A stretch of DNA of 48,550 nucleotides from Octopus bimaculoides (lineage: Eukaryota): NCBI RefSeq assembly GCF_001194135.2, contig NC_068981.1:99245371-99293920 (forward strand). Direction: 5' to 3'. The notes beneath the pieces were generated by a model. It was not told the origin of the DNA, did not search any database, and worked only from the letters and a program-made list of their open reading frames with translations. Positions 13,201-25,070 of the stretch are shown here, in pieces. Position numbers and translations under genes: made by a program. Numbering within the stretch: position 1 is the stretch's first letter; the number at the start of each line of letters is the position of its first letter.

Positions 13201-16200
13201 TAATCATCATCATCATCACCACTGTTATTAACAATATCAGCAGCAGCAGCTACATCACCAAAGATTGGGTCCTTGGACTTGCTGGTGCCACATTTCTGGT
13301 AGCGATGGCTAAATTTGATTTAGGCCTTAGCCCTATAGTTGTAAGGAGTTCACTAAGTCACTAAGTAATATAAGTTAGTTTTCAATGAGGAAGAAGTGGG
13401 TTCTGAGGTTTCAGGCAAGGACGCCTTCCAAAAAGTCAAATCTCTGTTCTCACTAATTTACACCATTCTGTAAATATTTTGAACACACTATTTACCTACA
13501 CCAAACCATCATTAGTTTCACTGGATTCTACAGTTTCACTATTTACAATTAGTCTTTAAGAGAATACCTGAACAATTTGGTTTTAATGCCAGGATATGCA
13601 GAAATCAACCAGCTAAAAACATCCATTGTAAACTTACCTGATCATAACATGTTCTGGCATATTAGGCATCATATTCTTAAACCGCTTCAGTTCCTTTATT
13701 GCAGCCTTATGTGCACCCTCTGGCATCTTTGCAAGTCTAAAACAATATAATAAGCAATCTAACATTGTTATGTGCAACATTAATGCAGAGACATAGTAGA
13801 AATTGGTATAGTAACAAAATATATGTCACAGAGCAAAAGAGGAGAATCTTTTTGTGACTGACAACTGTGTTGAAAAAGCTACATAATTTCATACTACAAA
13901 ACCTATTATTTTATCAAACATAACTATTCATAAAACTGTAAAAAACAAAAAGTGGAGTTTCAGAATAAGTACGCCACCAGAACATTTTTTCTTGGAAATC
14001 TCTTCAGATTTCAATACTTTGAATACAATTGCAATTACTTTAAACAAGTAATTACAATTACTTGTAATTACAATTTAATTACAATTTGAACAAGTAATTA
14101 CAATTTGAACAAGTAATTACAATTTAAAGAAGCACAAAGAGATGCTTCTAAAATTCTCATTCAGCTGAAAAAACAGGCTTCAGAAAAAAAAATTAAGAGA
14201 ATAATGATTTATCCATCAATTGTTGTACTTCTTTTAAAAAAGTCACAGGTTCTCCACTTATCTTAAACTATTTATTTTTGTCTTTCAACATTCTGAGTAC
14301 AAATCACACTATTTGCAGGATGGGGTGAGCTTAATAAAATCAAAGCCAAGTAAGTATCAGAGGAGGTTGTAATTGAATATATCCTTTCCCTAAAAATAAA
14401 AAAGACTTTCAAACCAACAATGAACCTTTACATGGCTGATGGAACAATTAGAAAGTAAAGGGTACAATGTAGTCCTTGATATATAATGTCTAAATAAAAG
14501 ATGGGAAGGTTACAGCTGAATTTTTTTTCTTCTTTGGATAAGAGCTGATTTGGGGCTAAATAACAACAAAAGAGTTATCTATGTAAAAAAAAAATTCTTA
14601 AGCAGCATATTAACTGCATAATAATGTAACAGTGATTGCAACATTATGACATTCATTAGGTAACACAACAAACATATCAACAAGGAGAAAATGTGTACAG
14701 TTTTACACAGATGTATATATTTTCACATAAACAGTTAAATATTTCTACAACATTCTATCCCACTGTTGATCTTAGAACAATGAAAAAGACAGTAAGACAA
14801 TTCTCTATTGATATTCCAGCTACTATAGTGTCATTTCATCCAATACAATTCATGTTCTACAAATGACAATCAATATTCTTCATTGTGTAAATACAGCCCC
14901 TATTAGCTACACAGGGCATCAGATGCATTTTAAGTTGTTATTCACTATAAGTTTACCAGGAACCCCACAGACAAACACATAGATCTTTTGTATACCTATT
15001 GCTTACACTTATACACATCAGTAATCCTCACAAAATCCTAGCTATGTACTAAATAAGACTATTCATATACTAACATGTAGTATTCTTCCTTATTTATTAT
15101 TACTTTTAATCTGCATTAGATGACTATAGATTTTTTACTCAAATCCATTTTTATAAGTTTTGTGCCCTTTCTACAATTTCTCAACAGACTATGTAAGTTA
15201 TCACACAAAGGTTCCCAAAGATACCTGCTCCTAAATCCTAAAATGACTGCCACAAAGATGACCAAAGATAGAGTCGACAAGAATAGAGCCTGTATATAAA
15301 TTCTTCACTGAATTTATAGCATCTTCACACAAGGACGAACAACTCTTACTAGATTTTCATACACACCTAACTTACATATTTTGCACCACACTACAGAACC
15401 ATTGTTCTGTGTTTCTAGGTAAGACACATAAATCTACATGCTCCAGCAGAGAGAGCTAGGAAATAGATGTCCACTTTACAGTCATCTCATGAAAATGTAA
15501 AAACACATTATGGTAATTCAAATGTTAATTTCATATAGATTGTGCACAAATGTTAGTAATGACAATCTCCATAAATAAAAATGATCCATTACTTGATTTT
15601 TTGTTCAAAGTCTGCATATTCATCAGTATCGATCTCCTGGCCATCATCAAAATCCTCACTCACTCGCCGGTAAATTTTCTTTGAATGAGACGGACGAGCC
15701 ATTTCTTTGCGTATGACAATTTCAAACTTTTCCTTCTTAACTTTTTGCAACAAGCGAAGAGCCTGGGATATAAGGAACACAAAATTATGATATAATAAAT
15801 AAATGTAACAAAGAATGAAATAAACATAAAAAACTAATATCTTATATATTTTAATAATATTCACCAAAGTGTGATTGTTTTAACAAAATAGAGACAATGT
15901 ATTGATGGGACACAAGCAGTTACATTTGCTCTTCTTACTGCTAATTCTTATGCTGCTTTGGCATAGAAAAAGATCCTATTTTCACTTAGGCAAACTGATG
16001 TAGTTTCTTGATACAATAAGGATTAAAAACTAGACCCTAATATTATTTGAACAGACTGATATACTGAACTAGTTACAAAAGAAAAGCTCAGTCCAATGTT
16101 TTATTATTTCAAATATGCCCATTACCTGCATGTTGTGTGATAATATCAAAAGCAGATCATTACCTCAATTTGTCTGACAATCAAAGGAAGTGCACGCTTG

Positions 16201-19200
16201 AATCGGTCAGATAGATCTACAGCATCTAAAACTTGCATCTTCTCTAAATAGGAAGCTTTCACAATGGCAGCACATATATCAGGTAAATGCTGACTGGGTA
16301 GTTGGTCCAACATTTTCTGGAACAGAATTGAAATAGTTATTGACTGTATAACACATTTATTTTAGAATGTTCTACTATAATCAATATTAATAGTGCTTGG
16401 GCCCTGAAAAAAACCCTCACTGCACTCTGTAAAGTGGTTGGCATTAGGAAGGATATCTAGTCATAGAAACTTTACCAAAGCAAACAATGGAGACCAACAC
16501 AGTCATCAGGCTAGTTGATTCCTGTCAAACTATCCAACTAATGGCAGCTTGGAACATAGGCATTAACGATGATTTACTTGGAGAGAGGATATTTTCTATA
16601 TTAATTACTGATGAGTAAACTAGAATGACTAAAAAAAGAACTGCATGTAAAATATTTTAATCATTGTTGTCATCAAGGTCATATGGCCAAGTGGATAAGT
16701 TAATGAACTACAAGCTTATAAGCTGTGAGTTCAATCCACTTCAGGTATTTTTAGTCTCAGTGTCAAGGTACTTCATTATATCTGTGCCTCAATTTACTTA
16801 ACTGTCAAGAGTAGCTACAAATTCTCTTGGGAATGTTGCCTGCTATAGATTAATCTTTCATCCAGAAAAAGATTTAAAGACGTGGTCAACCACAACCCTC
16901 TCTCAAGCACAGCAGAGCTGAGAGAGAGAGAGAGAGAGAGATCTAATATCAAATGCATTGTAGATGTGACTATCCTGATTTTTCACAGAGTTTATCTCAG
17001 ATTTCATTATCCCATATGGTTTTATTTTTCTAAGACCATAAGGTAATACTTGAGAGAAATTTGACTGTCAGGTATCCATATATAGGCTCCTTCAATGGCT
17101 CAAACTAGTAAAATGTATTATATAGATAGGACTATGAAAATAGTCAAAACGTCTAAGAATTCTATGACTTACTTTCAGTTTAGCCATAATAGGGGTTGAA
17201 ATATCTAACAATCCTATAAGCTCTACAGCATGTTCACGGAAGTTTTCGGCCATTTTCTTCAGTTCCTTATCCATTATAAAACTGTCATCTGCAAGAGAAA
17301 AAATTAATTTACAGATGAAATGTCATCAGAATAAAATCTTTGTTTACCAAATAAACAGAGTAGTTGAATAATTACCATCAACTAAAACACTGCCTTTACC
17401 ATTTCTCTGTTACATTTCTCTGTTAAATAAATGTATCCATCTACTACAAAATATATAGTAATAATGCTAAAGAAATGTATTTATCAACACAAAGATTGCA
17501 TTTGCTTATTGAATAAAAATGCATTCATTGACTAAAGAAATGTATTCATTGAATAATAAAATAACTAGCAGAGAATCTAAAATAACCTTCCAGCAATTTT
17601 AAATAAAATAAGAGTAAATGTGTAATATAAACTCAAAGAGGGTCAAATCATTGGAACTACATTTGAAGTAGGATACATCTCGATAGGCAGGATTTTCGTG
17701 ATCCACAGATAATTAGTTTATAAGTGGAGGCAGTTATTCAATTCACAGACTCAGTAACTACAGAATAAGACATGGTTCAATAAAACTGATGTTCGGATTC
17801 AGCAATACAAAATGCACAATTGTCTTACCTGAATCTTTATCAGGCAGCTGGTCAAGTTGGGTGACAGTAGCTACAGGGTATGGAGTCTCTTGTAATAGTT
17901 CTTCCACTTTCAGCCGACACAGTCCTGTTACTAACAGAGTATATGCTGGTTTAGGCCAGTTGGTTCCAGTTACCTGAACCACAACTGCTGCTGTTCCAAT
18001 TGAGTGAAGGGTACTTAAATCTTCATCCTAAAAAAGCATAATAGAAGTGAAAATAAAATGAAAGAAACTTACATGAACTCAATTCAAATCTCTATTTATT
18101 TGAAAATAGGTTCCATTTCTACTTGACAGTCAAGTCACTGGTTGTAAGTAAGGCATTCAAACATAAAAAAATTTTCAGTAATATGCAAATGTTAAAATTT
18201 GCGTAATGCAACTCTCATAAAAAATAGAAAAAAAATGACTGTATAAAAGTAAAAAAAAAAAAAACATACAAAAAGTTTTATACACAGACTTACATATACA
18301 TAAATGCAAACACATATACACACGCAACCAAATATGCAGAGATCTACACTTTGACGGTGAGTATCCCAGCTGTTTGATAATCCGAAATATTCATCAAATT
18401 ATAGTGTATGATGCAGCTGAATATTCCACAGACACTTGCACTCCTAACATATTCCTCAAACAAAATCAGTGTGCAACAGAGTACAACAATGTTGACATTG
18501 ACATGTTGACAATGTTGACATACAGTTCATCCAGGGGGCTTCCACACAGGTTCTGTCTACTTAATTTCACTCACAAAGGTTAGGTTGATCCGAGACTATA
18601 GAAGAAGCTGCAAGCCAAAGATGCTATGCAGTGAAACTTGAACACTTTCTAATTGCAATATGAACTTCTTAATCATTTAGTTATGCTTCTGTTCTTGACA
18701 TGTATATAACACACACACACGCACAGGAATATACTCATAAATACAGAAACATATTTAGATATATACAAACATAGATATGTACACAAGTGCATATATATAT
18801 ATATATATATATAAGATAGATAGATAGAGAGATAGAGAGAGAGAGAGAAAGAGTGAGTGCAAGTATACATACATAGATGGAAACAACTTACAGTGACGTC
18901 ATTTTGCTCCTTTGGAATTACACCAATGATTGTGCTGCGAAGTGAGCTTCGTCCCATAAGACGTCCTTTTACCATATTCATGCTGAAAAATAAAGGAAGC
19001 TATCACACTAGAGATATGATAGGAGCAAAGAAATAATTTATTACCAAAATGATAAAAACAAAAAGAAGAAATTATGTTAATCTACAATAAATGATAAAAA
19101 GTGATATGTTAATAAAACGTTGCTGAGTTCAATTTTATCTTCTGAGTTTTCAAATAAATGCTTTTTCTTCAAACATCCTTTTACTGTGAAATTTATTGGA

Positions 19201-22200
19201 CAATATCAATCACAACAACATTTTCTACCATCATCAGCATCAAAGACTGTTTAGTTAGCATGAAAGTTTCTACAGTCATTCAACCTGATTAATACTATTA
19301 CCAAAATCTGCCATGACTAATTGACATGAGTTATTATTAATACTGATGGAAAATATTTTTTTAACTTCTAACCTTCACTTTGTGGGGTGTTTTTTGTTTT
19401 TGTTTTTGCATATGTACATGTGCTCACATTGGGTTCTCACTGTTTTGATCTAAGTTCCAATACTTTTATCCATTATAACTCAGAGGTTAATAGTTGTTGA
19501 AAAGAAACTACATCTTTCAAAACATGACTGGGTGGTGGGGAATAAGATTATCAACAGTCCGACAACAAACTTCCTATCTCTTTATGTCTTAATCTTATGG
19601 TCTTAGGCAAAGAAAGCCACACCAGATAATGTAATCCTAAATAACCCTAAAAATACAGGATGTTCATGACTGCATTGCTTTTAGGTGGGCAATGTCTGTG
19701 TGAATGCATGACAGAGAGTACGTGATTTGAAAGAAAAACTGGGTATATGAGGCATCAGATGTAGTGTGCAAGAGAAATGACTGCACTGGTATAGCCATGT
19801 AATGCATATGAATAAAGAAAGTTGCATCAAGGGGTGCCAGTAGAGGGAACATGTGGATGGGCTAGACCAAAGAAGACATGGGATGAAGTGGTGAGAAAGG
19901 ATCTACAGACATTGGGATTCAGGGAGGGGATGACAGGGGACCAAGACATCTGGTAGTTTGCTGTGCTTGAAAAGACATGTCAAGCTAAGTAAAAGCATGG
20001 TTGCCCTTGAATACAGGCTATTCCCCCTCCAGCCGAGCATTCCTAACTTTGCAGGCTCATGGGTACTGGTACCACATAAATGCACCTGTGGCAGTGCTGC
20101 ATAAAAGTACCCACTACACTCTATAAAGTGGTTGGTATTAGGAAGGGCATCCAGCTGTAGAAACCATGCCAAAACAGACATGAAGCCTGAGTGGCTCTTC
20201 AACTGGCCAGCTCCTGTCAAAACATCCAACCCATGTCAGCATGAAAAATGTACATTAAGTGATGATGATGATGGTGGTGATCAATCAAGGTTAGCCTGAG
20301 GTTTAACAATAAAACTATGACTTAAATGGGTGCTGAGTTTATCTATGAAGAAATTCAACACCTTTTAAAAGAAGATATAATTAAGGAGAGCAACACATCA
20401 GAACAAGCACAAATAGTTTTAACAAAATTTCAGGATGGATTAAATAAGTACCAGTTGAGTACTGGAGTCAATGTAATTGACTTTGCCTTTCTTCTGAAAT
20501 TTCTGGCCTTGTGCCAAAGTTTGAAATCAATATTAAGCAGGTGAAAGCATACATATAAAATATACAGTGAAAGAATTTTAAACAATTCTTTTTTTTCTCC
20601 ACAGTAATAAACACATTTCTGTATATTTATTTACTAATTAATTCACTACCACTTTTGTATGTTGTGATGATCATAGGCCTCTGCAGATTATACTTAAGTA
20701 GAAACATGCTCACAGATAAGAAACAAGTTCAGTGCTGCCTGTAGCTTCCAACAAGTAAGATATTGTAGTTTTCCTTCTAGTTAAAAACAAACTGAGCCAT
20801 ATAGAAAAACTTATAAACCTGTGTCTCTCTAATAAACAGTATCAACTGAATTCATTTATTGTCAAGAAGGCTGAGGGTGTCTTGATCACTCAGCTAGACC
20901 TTTGCCACCCACTCTCTAGCTATCTATTTAAGGCTGTATATGGCTATGGTGCAGCAACACTTGGAATTTGCATCACCAGTCTAGAACCCCTACTTTGCTC
21001 AGAACATTGACCTCATGGAAACTGTTCCGAGATGTGCATCCAAGTGAATATCCTCCATCAGGCATCTACCATACTCTGAATGCCTTGCTTCCCTGGGCAT
21101 AGATACATTGAAGCTCCGATGTCTGGCAACTGACTTGTTAAACACCCACAAAATTATTAACCATCGTGCCAACAAGCTTGAGTACCTTTTTGAATTCCAT
21201 GTGTCTAACACACATGAGGGCATGCCTACAAAGTCAGAAAACAGCACAGCGCCCATGACTTTTAGAAACATTTTTTCACACTCAGAGTTGCTGAAGCATT
21301 GCACAAATTACCTGCATCAGCTGTTAGCTGCCAAGACATTGCATCCTTTAAAACCTCCATGCTTCCTGAAATTCACCAACACTACACCTGATATCCTCCA
21401 CTCATACACTGTTCACTTTCCTGACATTTATACATAATTCTATGTATTATACATGCACCTTTGATAAGTTGTAGTGTACCTGAGCACTGTACATAATAAT
21501 TTCATTATTATTAACACCAACAGGTGAACTTAATGGGGTGACTGGAAAATAAAATAGACGAGAAACAAGCCATTTAAACTTAAACAATTTAATCCATTGG
21601 TCTTCCTTTCAACATTGACTCCAAATAACTTTGATATTTAAATTCTCTATCAATATAGGAAATTAAGAAGACAGACGAGCGAGCAGTAAGTAGGTAGATA
21701 GACAGGCAGATAGATGCTCTACATTGCTCTAAATGTAAATTGCTCTACACAGTCTCTAGCAGTTTTAATGTTGAGTGATTGTTTTGTTGGTTAATTTGTA
21801 TTGGTTAATAAAGTACTAACTTCATTTTGTGACACTATCTCTTTTTGAAACGTCTGCCACTTCAAATATTTGATAATCGTGTAATCTGTAACTAAAGGAA
21901 ATAGATTATTTTAAGGTGGCAATCTTTCTTTCATTCGTTTGATGACAATATGAATATAACATATTGTCGTATTTTAGAGAGAAAAAAACGGAGCCAACTG
22001 ACATTCAAGTACAGCTTCAGCTTCTGATTGTTGACAAGTTGTGATTTAATTTAGGCACTGGTCTTCGACACCGGAATATATCTTTGTTAACCGCACGTAA
22101 ATCACCACCATAAGTTTTATTCTATGTTTAATTCATCCCAGTGAAACTATAGCTTTTAATTAAAAAAATGTACATTAGCTAAAAGTTACAGAGGGCCGTC

Positions 22201-22658
22201 GTGATATGGTATACCACTAGTTCTTAACACACCTTAAATATTTGATAAATTAAACCGTTTCACTACATTTTTTTCTTTTCTCCATATTCTTAATCTCCAT
22301 GTTTTTCAACGTATATTGAAAAAAAAAAATTCGGAAAAAGTTTAAATTTAAATATTTGGGGTGGGGAGGGAGGAATTGAAAAATTTGAAAACAGTCTTTG
22401 GCATATTCAGAATCTGCGTCATCGAAAACATAGGAATCCGCTGAAAAAAGTCGATTTTCCTGTGCCGGTGTACTTGTAAACATTAACCTACATGGCTTAT
22501 ACATATAGCAATATAACAGATAGTGTTAATTAATAAATAAGTTTGGGTACTCACTTCTGTAGGCTGCGAACTAAAATACGCATTGAAGAACCTGGTAACA
22601 AGACATTGTCAGCAATAAGTAGAGGTAGACGCCGAGGAATTGTTATTGAAGATGCCAT
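960..22658 (-). CDS. LONP2: Peroxisomal Lon protease homolog 2, 5'-complete and 3'-partial: complement(join(960..1270,2863..3095,5083..5162,6098..6245,7800..7985,11878..11952,13638..13736,15593..15762,16164..16316,17173..17288,17829..18027,18892..18982,22555..22658))
   Basis: Manual splicing gives 1965 nt (655 codons), open, with GT-AG ends and matching phases at all 12 internal introns. N-terminus [45 protein letters not shown], Walker [25 protein letters not shown], Walker [25 protein letters not shown] and [12 protein letters not shown] match LONP2 as recalled. There is no mitochondrial presequence. The Ser-Lys protease domain lies left of base 1. Confidence 0.96.
1659..1872 (-). mobile_element. 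SINE family A copy
   Basis: ggtttcaaattttagcacaaggccagc...cccaaaaggatgaaaggcaaag...gaactcagaac...ctgccagctcacc; full length. Confidence 0.85.
2606..2749. repeat. (TA)n microsatellite running into a 100-N gap
   Basis: Visible directly. Similar (TA)n runs at 7223-7262 and 46851-46894 (the latter borders the 825-N gap). Confidence 0.95.
2863..3095 (-). CDS. LONP2: LONP2 exon 12 ([29 protein letters not shown])
   Basis: CAG acceptor preceded by the U12 branch site; GTATGG donor; 233 nt; sensor-1 TAN and Arg-finger DRME. Confidence 0.96.
3096..5082 (-). other. LONP2: U12-type (minor spliceosome) GT-AG intron of LONP2
   Basis: 5' splice site GTATCCTTTT at 5082-5073. Branch site TTCCTTAAC at 3115-3107, about 11 nt before the AG. 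No polypyrimidine tract between them (TCCAGCCCCAG). Confidence 0.95.
3492..3628 (-). mobile_element. tRNA-derived SINE family B copy, inside the U12 intron
   Basis: Reverse complement starts GCAGGCGTGGCTGTGTGGTAAGAAGCTT..GGTTCTGGGTTCAGTCCC (A and B boxes). Related copies at ~7380-7460, 8500-8626 plus 11581-11602, and ~18530-18680. Confidence 0.75.
5083..5162 (-). CDS. LONP2: LONP2 exon 11 ([26 protein letters not shown])
   Basis: tttTAG acceptor; ends at the U12-type donor GTATCCTTTT; 80 nt, phase 2. Confidence 0.96.
6098..6245 (-). CDS. LONP2: LONP2 exon 10 ([28 protein letters not shown]; Walker B)
   Basis: ttCAG acceptor, GTAAAT donor, 148 nt. Confidence 0.97.
6640..6870 (-). mobile_element. 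CORE-like tRNA SINE family C copy
   Basis: Shares gatcacaacattcc..cattcacagctga..ctggag..ttgtgagtgcaaca..atgccttcac with 28220-28460. Its reverse complement matches the plus-strand copy at 44356-44690. Confidence 0.65.
7800..7985 (-). CDS. LONP2: LONP2 exon 9 ([31 protein letters not shown]; Walker A)
   Basis: ttgTAG acceptor, GTGAGA donor, 186 nt. Confidence 0.97.
8864..10686 (-). pseudogene. piggyBac transposase pseudogene (PGBD4-like, DDE_Tnp_1_7 family)
   Basis: ORF-track pieces 10612-10686, 10239-10538, 9987-10229, 9500-10066 and 8864-9484 are consecutive parts of one transposase broken by frameshifts and stops. Confidence 0.9.
10690..11110 (+). mobile_element. RTE-type LINE 3' UTR fragment with (GAT)n tail, inserted in the piggyBac
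   Basis: aaaagcacccactacactct..gtggttg.cgttaggaaggg.atccagctgtagaaac...ccaacccatgctagcatggaaagcggacattaaacgatgatgat; same 3' end as 20080-20275, 23860-24077 and 16410-16572. The 5' boundary is approximate. Confidence 0.8.
11349..11472. repeat. Tandem repeat, 6 x 21 bp TTAACTCAGTGGAGTTGTGCA
   Basis: Four identical central units plus two slightly variant end units, no spacers; inside the piggyBac end. Confidence 0.97.
11878..11952 (-). CDS. LONP2: LONP2 exon 8 ([25 protein letters not shown])
   Basis: ttcCAG acceptor, GTGATG donor, 75 nt; conserved RNYLE..LPW motif. Confidence 0.94.
   Translation of the reverse strand, partial: ELSGTYGGTSLVKKQQGHIGHCPS
12380..13170 (-). mobile_element. Dong/R4-clade non-LTR retrotransposon RT fragment
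   Basis: [36 protein letters not shown] resembles the R4/Dong motif KAPGPDGIQGFWLKK..WMT.G.TVLIQK. The flanks are heavily decayed. Confidence 0.7.
13638..13736 (-). CDS. LONP2: LONP2 exon 7 ([32 protein letters not shown])
   Basis: tttTAG acceptor, GTAAGT donor, 99 nt. Confidence 0.93.
15593..15762 (-). CDS. LONP2: LONP2 exon 6 ([10 protein letters not shown]...[10 protein letters not shown])
   Basis: ccCAG acceptor, GTAATG donor, 170 nt, phase 2. Confidence 0.88.
16164..16316 (-). CDS. LONP2: LONP2 exon 5 ([19 protein letters not shown]...[11 protein letters not shown])
   Basis: ttcCAG acceptor, GTAATG donor, 153 nt. Not in the ORF track. Confidence 0.93.
16410..16572 (+). mobile_element. 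RTE-type 3' UTR fragment (old)
   Basis: cactctgtaaagtggttggcattaggaaggatatctag..tagaaac...ggcattaacgatgat. Confidence 0.65.
17173..17288 (-). CDS. LONP2: LONP2 exon 4 ([38 protein letters not shown])
   Basis: ttgCAG acceptor, GTAAGT donor, 116 nt. Confidence 0.92.
17829..18027 (-). CDS. LONP2: LONP2 exon 3 ([27 protein letters not shown]...DKDS)
   Basis: tttttTAG acceptor, GTAAGA donor, 199 nt; Lon N-domain. Confidence 0.95.
18892..18982 (-). CDS. LONP2: LONP2 exon 2 ([31 protein letters not shown])
   Basis: tttttcAG acceptor, GTAAGT donor, 91 nt. Confidence 0.92.
19830..20278 (+). mobile_element. RTE LINE 3' end: ORF C-terminus, 3' UTR and (GAT)n tail
   Basis: [44 protein letters not shown] (the GRPxKTW motif of RTE), followed by the shared 3' UTR. 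Confidence 0.8.
20859..21512 (+). mobile_element. 5'-truncated CR1-clade LINE 3' end with (ATT)n tail
   Basis: Collinear and highly similar to 39123-40045; ends cacctttgataagttgtagtgtacctgagcactgtacataataatttcattattatta. Confidence 0.85.
22555..22658 (-). CDS. LONP2: LONP2 coding exon 1 ([34 protein letters not shown])
   Basis: ATG at 22658-22656; donor GTGAGT; 104 nt, phase 2. Not in the ORF track. Confidence 0.92.
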
Positions 22659-23060
22659 CGTAACCACAATGTCACCAAATATTATTATATTTCAGACTAA
22701 CAGGGAGGATTTCTTTCTAAATCATCGAGCAATGCTTTCCTCATTATTTGACTCTAGCGCACACAACAACCGTATCAACAACTGTCGAAGCAGTTAATTC
22801 TGTCTCACATCCAATGACATTGACGAGTTTTCACCGTCGGTGTCAGTTACGTGTTAAATTGCCCGTTATTCATCATGCACAGTAGACAGCTATTCTACTT
22901 TAAAATGTGATTAATTTTATCAACAAAAGACACCTTCAGAAGCATATATTAATCAATCTTTCAAGCTAAGCAAAAAAATAGAACACTGTTTTCAAAATTA
23001 GTTCTGGAATTTGTCTAGAATTATCTCCCCTTCTATGAATGCTGTTATATAAAGTTCAAT
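22659..23060. promoter_or_regulatory. Putative LONP2 5' UTR/promoter, possibly bidirectional with AMDHD1
   Basis: CpG-retaining, repeat-free stretch directly upstream of the LONP2 ATG; CCAAT at ~22811. The TSS cannot be determined from sequence. Confidence 0.4.
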
Positions 23061-23410
23061 GTGGAAGCGCAATGGCCCAGTGGTTAGGGCGGCGGACTCG
23101 TGGTTTCGATTCCCAGACTGGGCGTTGTGAGTGTTTATTGAGCGAAAGCACCTAAAGTTCCACGAGGTTCCAGCAGCTGGTGGTGGCGAACCCTGCTGTC
23201 TTCTTTCACCACAACTTTCTCTCACTCTTTCTTCTTGTTTCTGTTGTACCTGTATTTCAAAGGACTAGCCTTGTCACGCTGAATCACCCCGAGAACTACG
23301 TTAAGGGTACACGTGTCTGTGGAGTGCTCAGCCACTTAATTTCACGAGCAGGCTGTTCCGTTGATCGGATCAACTGGAACCCTCGTTGCCGTAACCGGCG
23401 GAGTGCCACA
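23061..23410 (+). mobile_element. Young tRNA-derived SINE family D, with 12-bp TSD ATAAAGTTCAAT
   Basis: TSD at 23049-23060 and 23411-23422. A box TGGCCCAGTGG and B-box-like GGTTTCGATTCCC. Near-identical to 28671-29054 apart from small indels. Confidence 0.92.
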
Positions 23411-23859
23411 ATAAAGTTCAATATATTTCCTAACAAATCTTTACCTTGAAACAAATAATTTAGCCACGTCCAAAGCTACAGAGCGACTGGAAATAACCCT
23501 ACGGAAAGATAATTTTACATCTGATATAATGAATAAAATAGCAAACTGCCCTTTTTTTTTTATTTTGAAATTAAAATTTTTCTCGTTTTGCTTATTTACA
23601 GGATTTCATGATTTATATGGGGAGATAATCCTCATTTGAAAACAGACCTGTTCAGTAACATGACCTACTTAGAAATATATGTGTGTGTGTGTGCGCGCGC
23701 GTGTGTGATTTTCTTTAGCTCGGGTGTTACATAATCACTGTAAAACCATCTTAATGACATTTTGTCCACCTTCCTTTTTCAATCTTCAAGGCCACTCCAC
23801 CTTGTTGAAGAGGTTTTGGCCTGCAAGAGTCCTGTGTGGTTCCACATAAACAGCATCCA

Positions 23860-24077
23860 TGTCAGTGCCACATAAAAGTGGTCATGCCAGTGTCACGTTA
23901 AAAGCAGCCAGCACATACTGTAAAGTGGTTGACATTAGGGAGGGCATCCAGCTGTAGAAATTCAGCCAAATCAGACTGGAATATGGTACAGCTCTCTAGC
24001 GTACCAGCTTCAGCAAAACTGTTCAGCTTATGCCAGCATGGAAAACGGATGTTGAATGATGATGATGATGATGATGA
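23860..24077 (+). mobile_element. RTE-type 3' UTR fragment with (GAT)n tail
   Basis: gtgccacataaaag..gtaaagtggttgacattagggagggcatccagctgtagaaa...gcatggaaaacggatgttgaatgatgatgat. Confidence 0.75.
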
Positions 24078-24886
24078 TTCCCCTACCTTTGTGGCTTAAA
24101 TCTCTCTTCTGGAGGCAGAGGTGGAGAACCTTACGACCATGTTTAAAACTTTGGCTACATGCAAATTTGAAACATTCTGCTAACAAAGTTGGTAAAAGTT
24201 CATATGGTTTAAAAAAATAATAGTTCAAGCCAAAATTGTTATCTAATGTCATCATGTTTGTAAAAACTTAACTACTTCTCAGGAGATAGTTTGAAATTTT
24301 AAAGAGGACCATGAAATACATAATTTCTTTCAAAATTGTATTTTTTTCTGAAGTGTGTAATACATGAAGGTGCAATTATAGGAGAGAGTACCAGGATGTG
24401 TGTGTGTGTGTGTGTGTGTATGTGTGTATAGATAGATATATATATTTAATGTAGTCATTGATTTTAGCCAGTCAAAAAGTTACCTTTGGACTCATACCTA
24501 TTATGCTCTTAATAATACCAGTGACTCATCAGACCTGCTGACTGGGGACATATAATTTCTTTACAAATGGAGGTAGAAATACAGTCTTGGTTAGCCAGGG
24601 ATATGAAATTAATTCTGAAATGAAAAGCTTCAAAGCGAAACCCTCTTCTGGGCAAGATGGAATTATCTCCCTTTGACCGGTTTAAGTTGTGTCCAAAAAA
24701 GGTTCAGTTTATGTATGATTTCCCTTCACTAGTCAACATGAATTTTTTTCTCATGAGAGCACTGACTAAACGTCTCCCTTTTGGAATTTAAAAAGGCCCA
24801 CAGATCAAGTAAATTTTTTAGGATGCAATGTTGTTCCATAATTATAGTATTTGCTATATACATAAATGGTAGGGTACCAAAATAAT

Positions 24887-25070
24887 GGTTTCAAATTTTG
24901 GTACAAGTCCAGCAGTTTAAGGGAAAGGTATAAGTCAATATCAAGAATCCCAATGCTGGTATCTATTTTATAGATCCTGGAAGGATGAAAAGCAAAGTCA
25001 TCCTTGGAAACATTTGAAGTCAGAATGTAAAGCCAGGAGAATGTAAAGCATTTTATACAGCTTGCTGCCT
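24887..25070 (-). mobile_element. SINE family A copy (decayed)
   Basis: ggtttcaaattttggtacaag..ggaaggatgaaaagcaaagtc..ttgaagtcagaatg. Confidence 0.7.

Noticed and set aside
22250-22504. 84-aa minus-strand ORF or possible ncRNA in LONP2 intron 1
   Set aside because: No family motif, no usable splice phases and no snoRNA box pair that I could support. It may be a DNA-transposon remnant or promoter-proximal sequence.
22543-22797. 84-aa plus-strand ORF overlapping LONP2 exon 1
   Set aside because: Starts at a non-ATG codon, has no recognisable motif, and is the antisense of a real exon.
23592-23660. Candidate AMDHD1 5' UTR exon (ttacAG at 23600-23601, GTAACA at 23655)
   Set aside because: Only weak splice signals, which are common in AT-rich DNA; needs transcript evidence.
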